NCBI GenBank assembly: GCA_032718475.1
Contig: JAUCBJ010000004.1
Location: 1-35,240, forward strand
Direction of reading: 5' to 3'
Length of the DNA stretch: 35,240 nucleotides
Origin: Nemertoderma westbladi
Taxonomy: Eukaryota > Animalia > Xenacoelomorpha
Within the stretch, counting starts at the first letter, position 1; the number at the start of each line of letters is the position of its first letter. The notes under the pieces are model-generated. The model was not told where the DNA came from, ran no database searches, and was given only the letters and a program-made list of their open reading frames with translations. The translations under genes and the position numbers were made by a program. Shown here piece after piece: positions 21,304 through 35,240 of this stretch.

Positions 21304-23546
21304 TATGTGGCGGTTGCAGTAGAAAGGACACATGGAGAAAAGTGAAGTTTTGTGAAAGGTAGAAAGCATATTTAGCTCAGCAAAATAATAATAAAATATA
21401 ATATTTCTAAATCAAAATTTTAAAACCTTTTCAGCTGCCAGATTTAACTAAATGAGTAATAAAAAAGTTACGTTTTTAGACCAGATTTAACTAAACGTAA
21501 CTTCAAGTCTTAAAACGATATGTTGGTCTGTCCGACTGTCTGTTTGTAGGTCTTTTCCACTTTTAGGATGTAGAATATAACAAAGTTAAACACTTAAAAA
21601 ATTAAACACAAAGTTATAACACTAATTTGCTAAAAGTTTTACCTCCGAGGTTTTACAGGTCGGTGATTTCATTGTCAATGTAATTTTTCATGTTTTTCTG
21701 AGTCTAGTAGGTTGTAAAGGCTTTTGCGGATCTAGCAAGTCATTTTTCCCGCAAAGTACTCTGTAGGTGTTTTAGCGGACATAAAAAGCCGTTTTCTTAC
21801 TGTGTAGGTGTTTTAGTGGACATAAAAAGCCATTTTTCTGTATGTGTACTTTAGCGGACATAACTAGTGATTTTATGCCGCAATACGCCAAAATACTCTT
21901 GATACAGTGTAGTTCAGATGACGACATCTATCAGCTGATATGTCCACGTAGAGCTTTTCTTTGTTCTTTGTTCGGCTCGACCAATCAGAGCGATTTTCAT
22001 TTTATTTGCACAGAAGCCTCCGGGAAATCGCGCAATGCATTATGGTCTTTGTTTACCTTTTTTCCTGAGCCCAGAACATCGGCTGTGGAATTATTCTGTG
22101 TTTCAGACTTTAGCCAAAACATTAGAACGGCTTTGATCATAGAAACGTATAACTGTTATCCTGCCATACCTGGCATACCAGACTCACCTTACCTTTCACC
22201 GCATTATTTTACTGCTATTTACTGTCGGTTATTAATTGTTAGAAGTTGATTGATATGTTGTTATATTTGGAGAATATCGATGAATAATCATAAAACCCCA
22301 ATCTTCTTGATATACTGAAGGTTAGAGAGACCGGTTACATATAGCAATTGCGACTTACATTATAGTGGTTTTGGAGTGAATTGAATGCTATTTCATAGAC
22401 CCTACATGTGACAGTTGCTGTTCTCCTTATATATGATCAAATTTAGTGAAGGTCGGCCGATCAGTGTGCAGCAGTGTGAGGTAGTGTGCATGAGTATGAC
22501 AGGTAACAAAGCATTTCCTAAAGAATGCGCTTTATACGAAAATCATTAGCCATCCCGTTGTGTTTAGTGTAAGTCATAACTCTGTTTATATACTTAGAGC
22601 GCCACGTCCTAAAGGAACTGTTAATATTTCCCGAAAGTGAATAATATTTGTCAGAGATTATATATTAACGATCAATCGAATAATACAGTAGGCCTACACC
22701 GCAATATAAGGTCAGAGCATCCGAATCCAGTCTCCCTTAACCGTGGGTGAATGGTCGCGCATAGGCTGGATTCGGCTAATGTAGCTTTATGTGTATCAAA
22801 TACTTGTGATAGGCTAAAGTCGATTTATAACCTAGAAGACACCTAAATTTGGCAGGTTAAACTGCTAAAGGTCTAAAAGCGCGAACATAGGTCTGTCTGT
22901 TTGTCTGTCAGTCTGTCTGTTGTCTGTCAAATATAAGAAAACACACCAATTTGCTTAAATTTTCGACTTGGGGGTTTTCCAGGTCGGTGATTTCATTTCG
23001 ACTACAGTTTTCATGTTTGACAGAATCTAGTCTGTCTGTCAGACTATTTGTCTGTCCGTCTGTCCGTATTTTAGATTTTATTTTAGTATACATTTGACAG
23101 ACAGATAGAAAGAAAGACCAACAGAGAGACATAAAGACTGATAGAGAGACAGAAAGACTGACAGAGAGACAGAAAGACTGACAGAGAGACAGAAAGACTG
23201 ACAGAGAGACAGAGATTCCGCCAAACATGAAAACTGAAATTAGAAATGAAATCACCGAATAGGAAAACCCCCATATCGAAAATATTAACGTTGTGATGTG
23301 CTTCATTATTGTCAGACTACTTTATTAACAAACATTCTTACAGACAATTTTGATCGGCGTTTTGTTCGAACTACGATATTTTGTCAAACTTCCGTATAGT
23401 TTTGGGGATTTTACAAAAGCAAAAATATATCTAGAGCTTAAACCAAATATACCATGAGAAAGCCCGAAAAATTTGCTACAAAATGAGATGTATTCCAAAA
23501 GTTTGATTTTTGGGTCATGTTTCCTTTCTACTGCAACCGCCACATA
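21304..23546. mobile_element. Non-autonomous DNA transposon with ~31-bp TIRs, hosting the solo LTR
   Basis: TATGTGGCGGTTGCAGTAGAAAGGACACATG at left, CATGTTTCCTTTCTACTGCAACCGCCACATA at right; flanks AGCAGGCGT / TGCAGGTGT may be a decayed 9-bp TSD; internal (CTGT)n and 20-bp repeats at 22890-23220. Confidence 0.82.
21713..22887 (+). mobile_element. Solo LTR (1175 bp) of a family related to the BEL element
   Basis: TAGGT|TGTAAAGGC...GCGCGAACA|TAGGT gives TG..CA ends and a perfect 5-bp TSD; colinear with the reverse complement of 4878-6109. Confidence 0.92.
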
Positions 23547-23844
23547 TGCAGGTGTTGTAGTGTCATAGGATCAGAGTCATCAACCAATATACCAAGTATG
23601 GGGAACAATATACACTAGTTTTAGTTTCTAGTTGCCATGACAACGGGTAACTTTGACTAGAAACGGATTAAATATTAGCAGTAGCGTTCTAATGCGATTG
23701 GAATGTTCGAATCGCATTCATACGAGATTCGAATGTGCTCTTTTATGTAGTGAAAACAACTAATTCATATGAAAAGCACTTTGTAAACAATTCAGACGAT
23801 TGCCATAGCAGCTAGAAAGTAAAAAAATATTGCAAAATTTTTCT

Positions 23845-26800
23845 TATACTCGATATAGTGGGAGTGGTGGTTGATTTAATGACGCTACGGCTAATATATA
23901 GCCCTTTTATACTACGTATTGTGGGAGTGGTGGTTGATTTAATGACGCTACGGCTAATATATAGCCCATTTATACTCGATATAGTAGGAGTGGTGGTTGA
24001 TTTAATGACGCTACGGCTAATATATAGCCCTTTTATACTCGATATAGTGGGAGTGGTGGTTGATTTAATGACGCTACGGCTAATATATAGCCCTTTTATA
24101 CTCGATATAGTGGGAGTGGTGGTTGATTTAATGACGCTACGGCTAATATATAGCCCTTTTATACTACGTATTGTGGGAGTGGTGGTTGATTTAATGACAC
24201 TACGGCTAATATATAGCCCTTTTATACTCGATATAGTGGGAGTGGTGGTTGATTTAATGACGCTACGGCTAATATATAGCCCTTTTATACTCGATATAGT
24301 GGGAGTGGTGGTTGATTTAATGACGCTACGGCTAATATATAGCCCTTTTATACTCGATATAGTGGGAGTGGTGGTTGATTTAATGACGCTACGGCTAATA
24401 TATAGCCCTTTTATACTCGATATAGTGGGAGTGGTGGTTGATTTAATGACGCTACGGCTAATATATAGCCCTTTTAGACTCGGTATAGTGGGAGTGGTGG
24501 TTGATTTAATGACGTTACGGCTAATATATAGCTCTTTTATACTCGATATAGTGGGAGTGGTGGTTGATTTAATGACGCTACGGCTAATATATAGCCCTTT
24601 TATACTCGATATAGTGGGAGTGGTAGGTGATTTAATGACGCTACGGCTAATATATAGCCCTTTTATACTCGATATAGTGGGAGTGGTGGTTGATTTAATG
24701 ACGCTACGGCTAATATATAGCCCTTTTATACTCGATATAGTGGGAGTGGTGGTTGATTTAATGACGCTACGGCTAATATATAGCCCTTTTATACTCGGTA
24801 TAGTGGGAGTGGTAGGTGATTTAATGACGCTACGGCTAATATATAGCCCTTTTATACTCGATATAGTGGGAGTGGTTGTTGATTTAATGACGCTACGGCT
24901 AATATATAGCCCTTTTATACTCGATATAGTGGGAGTGGTGGTTGATTTAATGACGCTACGGCTAATATATAGCCCTTTTATACTCGGTATAGTGGGAGTG
25001 GTGGTTGATTTAATGACGCTACGGCTAATATATAGCCCTTTTATACTACGTATTGTGGGAGTGGTGGTTGATTTAATGACGCTACGGCTAATATATAGCC
25101 CTTTTATACTCGATATAGTGGGAGTGGTGGGTGATTTAATGACGCTACGGCTAATATATAGCCCTTTTATACTCGATATAGTGGGAGTGGTGGTTGATTT
25201 AATGACGCTACGGCTAATATATAGCCCTTTTATACTACGTATTGTGGGAGTGGTGGTTTATTTAATGACGCTACGGCTAATATATAGCCCTTTTATACTA
25301 CGTATTGTGGGAGTGGTGGTTGATTTAATGACGCTACGGCTAATATATAGCCCTTTTATACTCGATATAGTGGGAGTGGTGGTTGATTTAATGACGCTAC
25401 GGCTAATATATAGCCCTTTTATACTCGATATAGTGGGAGTGGTGGTTGATTTAATGACGCTACGGCTAATATATGGCCCTTTTATACTACGTATTGTGGG
25501 AGTGGTGGTTGATTTAATGACGCTACGGCTAATATATAGCCCTTTTATACGCGATATAGTGGGAGTGGTGGTTGATTTAATGACGCTACGGCTAATATAT
25601 AGCTCATTTATACTCGATATAGTGGGAGTGGTGGTTGATTTAATGACGCTACGGCTAATATATAGCCCTTTTATACTACGTATTGTGGGAGTGGTGGTTG
25701 ATTTAATGACGCTACGGCTAATATATAGCCCTTTTATACTCGGTATAGTGGGAGTGGTGGTTGATTTAATGACGCTACGGCTAATATATAGCTCTTTTAT
25801 ACTCGATATAGTGGGAGTGGTGGTTGATTTAATGACGCTACGGCTAATATATAGCCCTTTTATACGCGATATAGTGGGAGTGGTGGTTGATTTAATGACG
25901 CTACGGCTAATATATAGCCCTTTTATACTCGATATAGTGGGAGTGGTGGTTGATTTAATGACGCTACGGCTAATATATAGCCCTTTTATACTCGATATAG
26001 TGGGAGTGATGGTTGATTTAATGACGCTACGGCTAATATATAGCCCTTTTATACTCGATATAGTGGGAGTGGTGGTTGATTTAATGACACTACGGCTAAT
26101 ATATAGCCCTTTTATACTCGATATAGTGGGAGTGGTGGTTGATTTAATGACGCTACGGCTAATATATAGCCCTTTTATACTCGATATAGTGGGAGTGGTG
26201 GTTGATTTAATGACGCTACGGCTAATATATAGCCCTTTTATACTCGGTATAGTGGGAGTGGTGGTTGATTTAATGACGCTACGGCTAATATATAGCCCTT
26301 TTATACTCGATATAGTGGGAGTGGTAGGTGATTTAATGACGCTACGGCTAATATATAGCCCTTTTATACTCGATATAGTGGGAGTGGTGGTTGATTTAAT
26401 GACGCTACGGCTAATATATAGCCCTTTTATACTCGATATAGTGGGAGTGGTGGTTGATTTAATGACGCTACGGCTAATATATAGCCCTTTTATACTCGGT
26501 ATAGTGGGAGTGGTGGTTGATTTAATGACGCTACGGCTAATATATAGCCCTTTTATACTACGTATTGTGGGAGTGGTGGTTGATTTAATGACGCTACGGC
26601 TAATATATAGCCCTTTTATACTCGGTATAGTGGGAGTGGTGGTTGATTTAATGATGCTACGGCTAATATATAGCCCTTTTATACTCGATATAGTGGGAGT
26701 GGTGGTTGATTTAATGACGCTACGGCTAATATATAGCCCTTTTATACTCGATATAGTGGGAGTGGTGGTTGATTTAATGACGCTACGGCTAATATATAGC

Positions 26801-28244
26801 CCTTTTATACTCGATATAGTGGGAGTGGTGGTTGATTTAATGACGCTACGGCTAATATTTTATACTACGTATGGTGGGAGTGGTGGTTGATTTAATGACG
26901 CTACGGCTAATATATAGCCCTTTTATACTCGATATAGTGGGAGTGGTGGTTGATTTAATGACGCTATGGCTAATATATAGCCCTTTTATACTACGTATTG
27001 TGGGAGTGGTGGTTGATTTAATGACGCTACGGCTAATATATAGCCCTTTTATACTCGATATAGTGGGAGTGGTGGTTGATTTAATGACGCTACGGCTAAT
27101 ATATAGCCCTTTTATACTACGTATTGTGGGAGTGGTGGTTGATTTAATGACGCTACGGCTAATATATAGCCCTTTTATACTCGATATAGTGGGAGTGGTA
27201 GGTGATTTAATGACGCTACGGCTAATATATAGCCCTTTTATACTCGATATAGTGGGAGTGGTGGGTGATTTAATGACGCTACGGCTAATATATAGCCCTT
27301 TTATACTCGATATAGTGGGAGTGGTGGGTGATTTAATGACGCTACGGCTAATATATAGCCCTTTTATACTCGATATAGTGGGAGTGGTGGTTGATTTAAT
27401 GACGCTACGGCTAATATATAGCCCTTTTATACTCGATATAGTGGGAGTGGTGGGTGATTTAATGACGCTACGGCTAATATATAGCCCTTTTATACTCGAT
27501 ATAGTGGGAGTGGTGGTTGATTTAATGACGCTACGGCTAATATATAGCCCTTTTATACTACGTATTGTGGGAGTGGTGGTTGATTTAATGACGCTACGGC
27601 TAATATATAGCCCTTTTATACTCGATATAGTGGGAGTGGTGGTTGATTTAATGACGCTACGTCTAATATATAGCCCTTTTATACTCGATATAGTGGGAGT
27701 GGTGGTTGATTTAATGACGCTACGGCTAATATATAGCCCTTTTATACTCGATATAGTGGGAGTGGTGGGTGATTTAATGACGCTACGGCTAATATATAGC
27801 CCTTTTATACTCGATATAGTGGGAGTGGTGGGTGATTTAATGACGCTACGGCTAATATATAGCCCTTTTATACTCGATATAGTGGGAGTGGTGGTTGATT
27901 TAATGACGCTACGGCTAATATATAGCCCTTTTATACTCGATATAGTGGGAGTGGTGGGTGATTTAATGACGCTACGGCTAATATATAGCCCTTTTATACT
28001 CGATATAGTGGGAGTGGTGGTTGATTTAATGACGCTACGGCTAATATATAGCCCCTTTTATACTCGATATAGTGGGAGTGGTGGGTGATTTAATGACGCT
28101 ACGGCTAATATATAGCCCTTTTATACTCGATATAGTGGGAGTGGTGGGTGATTTAATGACGCTACGGCTAATATATAGCCCTTTTATACTCGATATAGTG
28201 GGAGTGGTGGGTGATTTAATGACGCTACGGCTAATATATAGCCC
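23845..28244 (+). repeat. 63-bp satellite, about 70 copies
   Basis: Unit GATATAGTGGGAGTGGTGGTTGATTTAATGACGCTACGGCTAATATATAGCCCTTTTATACTC; one shortened unit at about 26858 and a +1 T at about 28058. Confidence 0.98.
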
Positions 28245-28266
28245 GTTTCTAGTCAAAAAGTTACCC

Positions 28267-28280
28267 GTTGCCATGGCAAC
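28267..28280. promoter_or_regulatory. Perfect RFX X-box palindrome GTTGCCATGGCAAC (near-copy at 23631-23644)
   Basis: Exact match to the established X-box consensus; function not demonstrated. Confidence 0.4.
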
Positions 28281-28942
28281 TATAAACTGAAAATAGTGCC
28301 TATTGTTCCTTATACTTGATATATTGGCGGTAGACTCTGTTGGTTTCCGCCGTTGCTATGTTTCCTACAACTGTAATTGATAGCTTAAAGATAGCTATAG
28401 CTATCTCTGGATACGCTCACAGATCTACGACGAGGATATATCACCCTTAATATAATAAGATTTGTTTCATAGAATAAATTATTATATATATATATATATA
28501 ATAATGTATGGATTGACAGGTGATGATTGGCCCTAATAATTATTGTGGTAGACCTATACTAAATTATTATATATTACTAACATAACATTATATTTACAGC
28601 AATATCATCGCGTTCGGTAATATGTGGCATGGCAAATTATTTATAAAGATTCCGCATGTTTATGAGATTTTTTCAACATAGGTTTAAAGGTATTCTATGT
28701 ATGTTGATTATCCACATTTCCCAGAAATGGACTGAAGCCATTAATAATTATGTCATAAAAATAAGCTATATGCTAGCATAAGGTGAATCAAATGATTCTA
28801 AAAAAATATTGGATATTTTTAAAAACATATAAAAGTTAAAAGCTTGAAAGTGATGATCAATGTTAATATTTTAATGTCAATAAATATAGAAAAACATTCA
28901 AAGGATTGAAAGATTAAAAAATATACACTGTAAATACGATTT

Positions 28943-29166
28943 CGGGGGCAATTGTCCGGGGGGGCAATTGTCTGGGGGGAATTGTCCGGGGGCAATTGTC
29001 TGGGGGGAATTGTCCGGGGGCAATTGTCCGGGGGGGGGGGGTTGTCTGGGGGGCAATTGTCAGGGGCAATTATCCGGAGGACCAATTGTCCAGTGGCAAT
29101 TGGCTGGTGGCAATTTTCCGGGGCGAAATTGTCCCGGGGGGGGGGGGGGCGGTGGGGGTAATTGTC
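28943..29166 (+). repeat. G-rich ~15-bp degenerate repeat (GGGGGCAATTGTCY)
   Basis: About 13 variable units with G4-G12 runs; probably part of a dispersed non-autonomous element. Confidence 0.8.
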
Positions 29167-29563
29167 TTAGTTCCACGGTAATAGTAATACATGCTGCCTA
29201 AGCGCACTCAGTACTGCTGTATTACCTGATGCCTCCTCCACCGGTTCATATTTGTCCAGCACTTCGGCCTACCTAAAGTTACCTATACAACACCAGTGCC
29301 AATCTAATAGCCATATGTCTGGCGTGATCAGTGGTATTCCGAAATACCCTGGTATTATTTTGTTTAGTATATACCCAATTACCCAACCCAAATTTAGACA
29401 CTTCCTTCCTGTCTTTATAATGAAATTAACCAGAATGTCATGTATAATTTTGATTTATAAACACTCTCTCTCTTAGATAGAACAGCCCAATAATGCTGCG
29501 AAATATTAGCCCGCGTCCATTTTGTAGTGCACCTCATTAATTTTTATTTAGCTTTTTAGGCAA

Positions 29564-29694
29564 TATATAGATCAGCTTGAAAGGGATACTGAACTTGGAC
29601 ATGAGAGAATCGAAATTACGACAACTATGGAGAATCGGGAAGCCTGGAAGGATCTCATTTCCACTGCCCGCGCTCTCTCGATCTAGTAGTAGTA
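29564..29694 (+). mobile_element. 3' tip of an RTE-clade LINE
   Basis: YIDQLERDTELGHERIEITTTMENREAWKDLISTARALSI* followed at once by a (TAG)n tail, a typical RTE C-terminus. Confidence 0.7.
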
Positions 29695-30349
29695 TGAACT
29701 ATAAAGTAAATAAAATCTTCCACACATCTCCTATTTAACAAGAGAGCGCAGCGAGCGATGACTATAAATTAGGACGAGGGCCGAAAAGGTAAAGCAATTA
29801 TTTTATTTTCCGTACAATAAATATGTAATTATATGGTTAATATGTCGTATAATTGTTATCAACGTTTATAATTACGTATTTTTACTGGAGCTTATAGCTT
29901 ATAGCTTATAGCTTATAGTTTCTTTTCAGCTTGGCCGATCTATGGCACGGCGTTTGGGTCGTTATTATCTCACGTTTTTTTTTCCAGACGGAAAAACTGG
30001 TCTATAAAATATCACATAAAACGTCCTAAAAAAACGTGCCAAAAGGCATTTCAAAACGGTGCTTACGGTTCTACAGAAGCTTAGCTAAACGGTATTTGAC
30101 GTAACTATTTAAATCAACATCAATTATCATGAAATCGACACGATAATTGCATTTTAATATTTTGGTGGTTGTCATAAAGGCTTCGTAAACGAAACCGCGA
30201 AACTTTGACGTAGTACCCTAAAGGGATAATGAATGGCCGTACTTCGAGTACAGCCTGAAGTTATAGTTTATTCCAAATTGATTGGCGGCGATGGCAATTA
30301 TTTTTGAAGCTTACTGAAATTTATGAAATCATATTCAATTAGGGCTATG

Positions 30350-30380
<31 letters not shown>

Positions 30381-31221
30381 GTGGGCATTTGTCCCCCCCC
30401 CCCCCCCCCCCCAAAGAAAAAAAAACAATTATTGATAAAGTTCCAGATATTGATTTATTGCCTGATAGTTTTCCAAGTGATAAAACATTTAAAAATTATG
30501 TTACCAGGGACATTTTTATGAAGTGACAACATAAGGTTTCTTTACTTTCTGGGGAAATTTACCGTAAATATATTTTTTCCTTGTCTATTAACAATTGGAT
30601 ACAAATAAATGTTGTCTATGGACAACTGAAAACGTTATAACGTTATTGTATATCCAACAAATTAATATGAAAATTTACAGTTTTTGATGTCATTTATGGG
30701 ACAGACATATTATAATTTATAACATTATATGACACAAAATCGAATGAATAAAAATCAACACCAGAATCAAAAGCTATGAAGGTAAACACGACCATCGTAA
30801 TATTTATAATACACTACTTATTGTCTGCTTAGTATTGGGTGGTGAAGGCTTGACTCAGTAGGCCTGCTCCGTCACCGAACCCCAGACCACGATACATAAT
30901 ATAATTTATTGACAACATTTACTTTTCAATTAAAGTAAAAATCTTTAAATCTTTTAAAAACAACAATAATCCCATTCCAGAATTAAAATCCAGCTAGTTC
31001 ATGGAACTTCCCACTCCCAACGTCTGTCCAACAAATCGTTAGTAAATTAGTAAAAATTTTATTTGGACTATTACAGTGCTGAGTATGTTCTAACCAAAAC
31101 AATAAACTACATTATCCATTAAACCCATTAACTTCAAGAATAATGACAGAGAGTTGGTACAGACTGCATATTTGTCACTACATTTCCGGGGAAATCATGG
31201 CTAGTTAAAATATTAAAAGAG

Positions 31222-32699
31222 TGTTCAACCTTGAGAGTTAGCGGGGCTGCCTCCCATTGTTCAACCTTGAGAGTTAGCGGGGCCGCCTCCCATTGTTCAA
31301 CCGTGAGAGTTAGCGGGGCTGCCTCCCATTGTTCAACCGTGAGAGTTAGCGGGGCTGCCTCCCATTGTTCAACCGTGAGAGTTAGCGGGGCTGCCTCCCA
31401 TTGTTCAACCGTGAGAGTTAGCGGGGCTGCCTCCCATTGTTCAACCGTGAGAGTTAGCGGGGCTGCCTCCCATTGTTCAACCGTGAGAGTTAGCGGGGCT
31501 GCCTCCCATTGTTCAACCGTGAGAGTTAGCGGGGCTGCCTCCCATTGTTCAACCGTGAGAGTTAGCGGGGCTGCCTCCCATTGTTCAACCGTGAGAGTTA
31601 GCGGGGCTGCCTCCCATTGTTCAACCGTGAGAGTTAGCGGGGCTGCCTCCCATTGTTCAACCGTGAGAGTTAGCGGGGCTGCCTCCCATTGTTCAACCGT
31701 GAGAGTTAGCGGGGCTGCCTCCCATTGTTCAACCGTGAGAGTTAGCGGGGCTGCCTCCCATTGTTCAACCGTGAGAGTTAGCGGGGCTGCCTCCCATTGT
31801 TCAACCGTGAGAGTTAGCGGGGCTGCCTCCCATTGTTCAACCGTGAGAGTTAGCGGGGCTGCCTCCCATTGTTCAACCTTGAGAGTTAGCGGGGCCGCCT
31901 CCCATTGTTCAACCGTGAGAGTTAGCGGGGCTGCCTCCCATTGTTCAACCTTGATAGTTAGCGGGGCCGCCTCCCATTGTTCAACCGTGAGAGTTAGCGG
32001 GGCTGCCTCCCATTGTTCAACCGTGAGAGTTAGCGGGGCTGCCTCCCATTGTTCAACCGTGAGAGTTAGCGGGGCTGCCTCCCATTGTTCAACCGTGAGA
32101 GTTAGCGGGGCTGCCTCCCATTGTTCAACCGTGAGAGTTAGCGGGGCTGCCTCCCATTGTTCAACCGTGAGAGTTAGCGGGGCTGCCTCCCATTGTTCAA
32201 CCGTGAGAGTTAGCGGGGCTGCCTCCCATTGTTCAACCGTGAGAGTTAGCGGGGCTGCCTCCCATTGTTCAACCGTGAGAGTTAGCGGGGCTGCCTCCCA
32301 TTGTTCAACCGTGAGAGTTAGCGGGGCTGCCTCCCATTCTTCAACCGTGAGAGTTAGCGGGGCTGCCTCCCATTGCTCAACCGTGAGAGTTAGCGGGGCT
32401 GCCTCCCATTGTTCAACCGTGAGAGTTAGCGGGGCTGCCTCCCATTGTTCAACCGTGAGAGTTAGCGGGGCTGCCTCCCATTGTTCAACCGTGAGAGTTA
32501 GCGGGGCTGCCTCCCATTGTTCAACCGTGAGAGTTAGCGGGGCTGCCTCCCATTGTTCAACCTTGAGAGTTAGCGGGGCCGCCTCCCATTGTTCAACCGT
32601 GAGAGTTAGCGGGGCTGCCTCCCATTGTTCAACCTTGATAGTTAGCGGGGCCGCCTCCCATTGTTCAACCGTGAGAGTTAGCGGGGCTGCCTCCCATTG
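31222..32699 (+). repeat. 36-bp minisatellite, about 41 copies
   Basis: Unit TGTTCAACCGTGAGAGTTAGCGGGGCTGCCTCCCAT, nearly invariant. Confidence 0.98.
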
Positions 32700-33299
32700 C
32701 ATTCTATATTACAGCTAAGAGTCTCCGAGGTTTCGTGATTCTGTAATGTGTTTATTATATCAAGACTGAAAGAGTCAGAGTGTCAGAATGTTACAATTTT
32801 CTAATATATAATGTTCTTCGACAAACTCCTCACGGAGCAATGTGTAAATTTAATAAGACTGGTAAACCACAACACAACCATTAATTAAATCGAATTTATT
32901 AATTGGTTGACCAGGATCCAACCCGTGCCAAAATTGGAAATCCACTTTGGAAAAAAACCATGGACCACGTTTTGCATGGTTATCCATCAGGTCAAGACAA
33001 ACCCAGAACATTTTTAAAATATTTAAAATTTTCATTTTTTGAAAAAATTCAAGTAATTTTCAAAAATGCATGTAAAAAAAATTAAATCCGACTGTAATTT
33101 AATGGTGTTGTATCTATTACAGAAATCAAATATACATCACAGTATTTGTATTGTTTCGATGTTCAGTATGAAGAAACAAGCATGAATTAAAACTATGTAA
33201 ATAACCATGTAAATAATGTATATAACTTGAGAACAACAGGGGTTCTCCTATAGCCAACTGCGCATTTGGTACAAATTAATTAATGTAACAACTGATGGC

Positions 33300-35240
<1,941 letters not shown>

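Larger units (their letters stand above)
23572..28339. mobile_element. Inverted-repeat (foldback-like) non-autonomous element enclosing a 63-bp satellite
   Basis: About 120-bp imperfect inverted arms at 23572-23692 and 28216-28339 (cagagtc..ccaatat..caagtat..ggaacaata...gttgccatg.caacgggtaacttt..gactagaaacgg). Exact ends and TSD not resolved. Confidence 0.75.

Noticed and set aside
4878-22887. The two LTRs as the ends of one ~18-kb element or as giant TIRs
   Set aside because: They are inverted and diverged, and the second has its own perfect 5-bp TSD.
23858-28290. 1010-aa, 405-aa and 72-aa hydrophobic repeat proteins
   Set aside because: Translations of a 63-bp satellite that is stop-free in one frame; the frame is broken by indels and there is no unique domain.
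31134-32718. 522-aa and 495-aa repeat proteins on opposite strands
   Set aside because: Both arise from the 36-bp minisatellite.

Overview
Repeat-dense, AT-rich animal DNA (probably a marine invertebrate; inference) made mostly of nested mobile elements and tandem arrays. It holds the 5' half of a BEL/Pao-type LTR retrotransposon (minus strand, 1-6109) and a related solo LTR with a 5-bp TSD (21713-22887). A 5'-truncated CRE-clade RT+RLE non-LTR retrotransposon (10482-12985) sits inside a foldback MITE. There are several LINE/SINE relics, several non-autonomous inverted-repeat elements (two carrying large satellites built from their own termini), two minisatellites and a pure (TATC)n run of more than 1.3 kb. 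Three observations stand out. (1) The BEL element has no tRNA-type PBS; the 12 nt next to its 5' LTR are instead the exact complement of a 12-mer inside that LTR, which suggests Tf1-like self-priming. (2) The CRE element is flanked by a perfect 140-bp direct repeat, an apparent giant TSD. (3) An exon missing from the ORF track encodes a divergent Akirin-like C-terminus ending in DYIS*, possibly spliced to a zinc-finger-like exon near a transposon end. The long repetitive ORFs in the track are satellite artefacts. All family calls come from reading motifs by eye; no searches were run.
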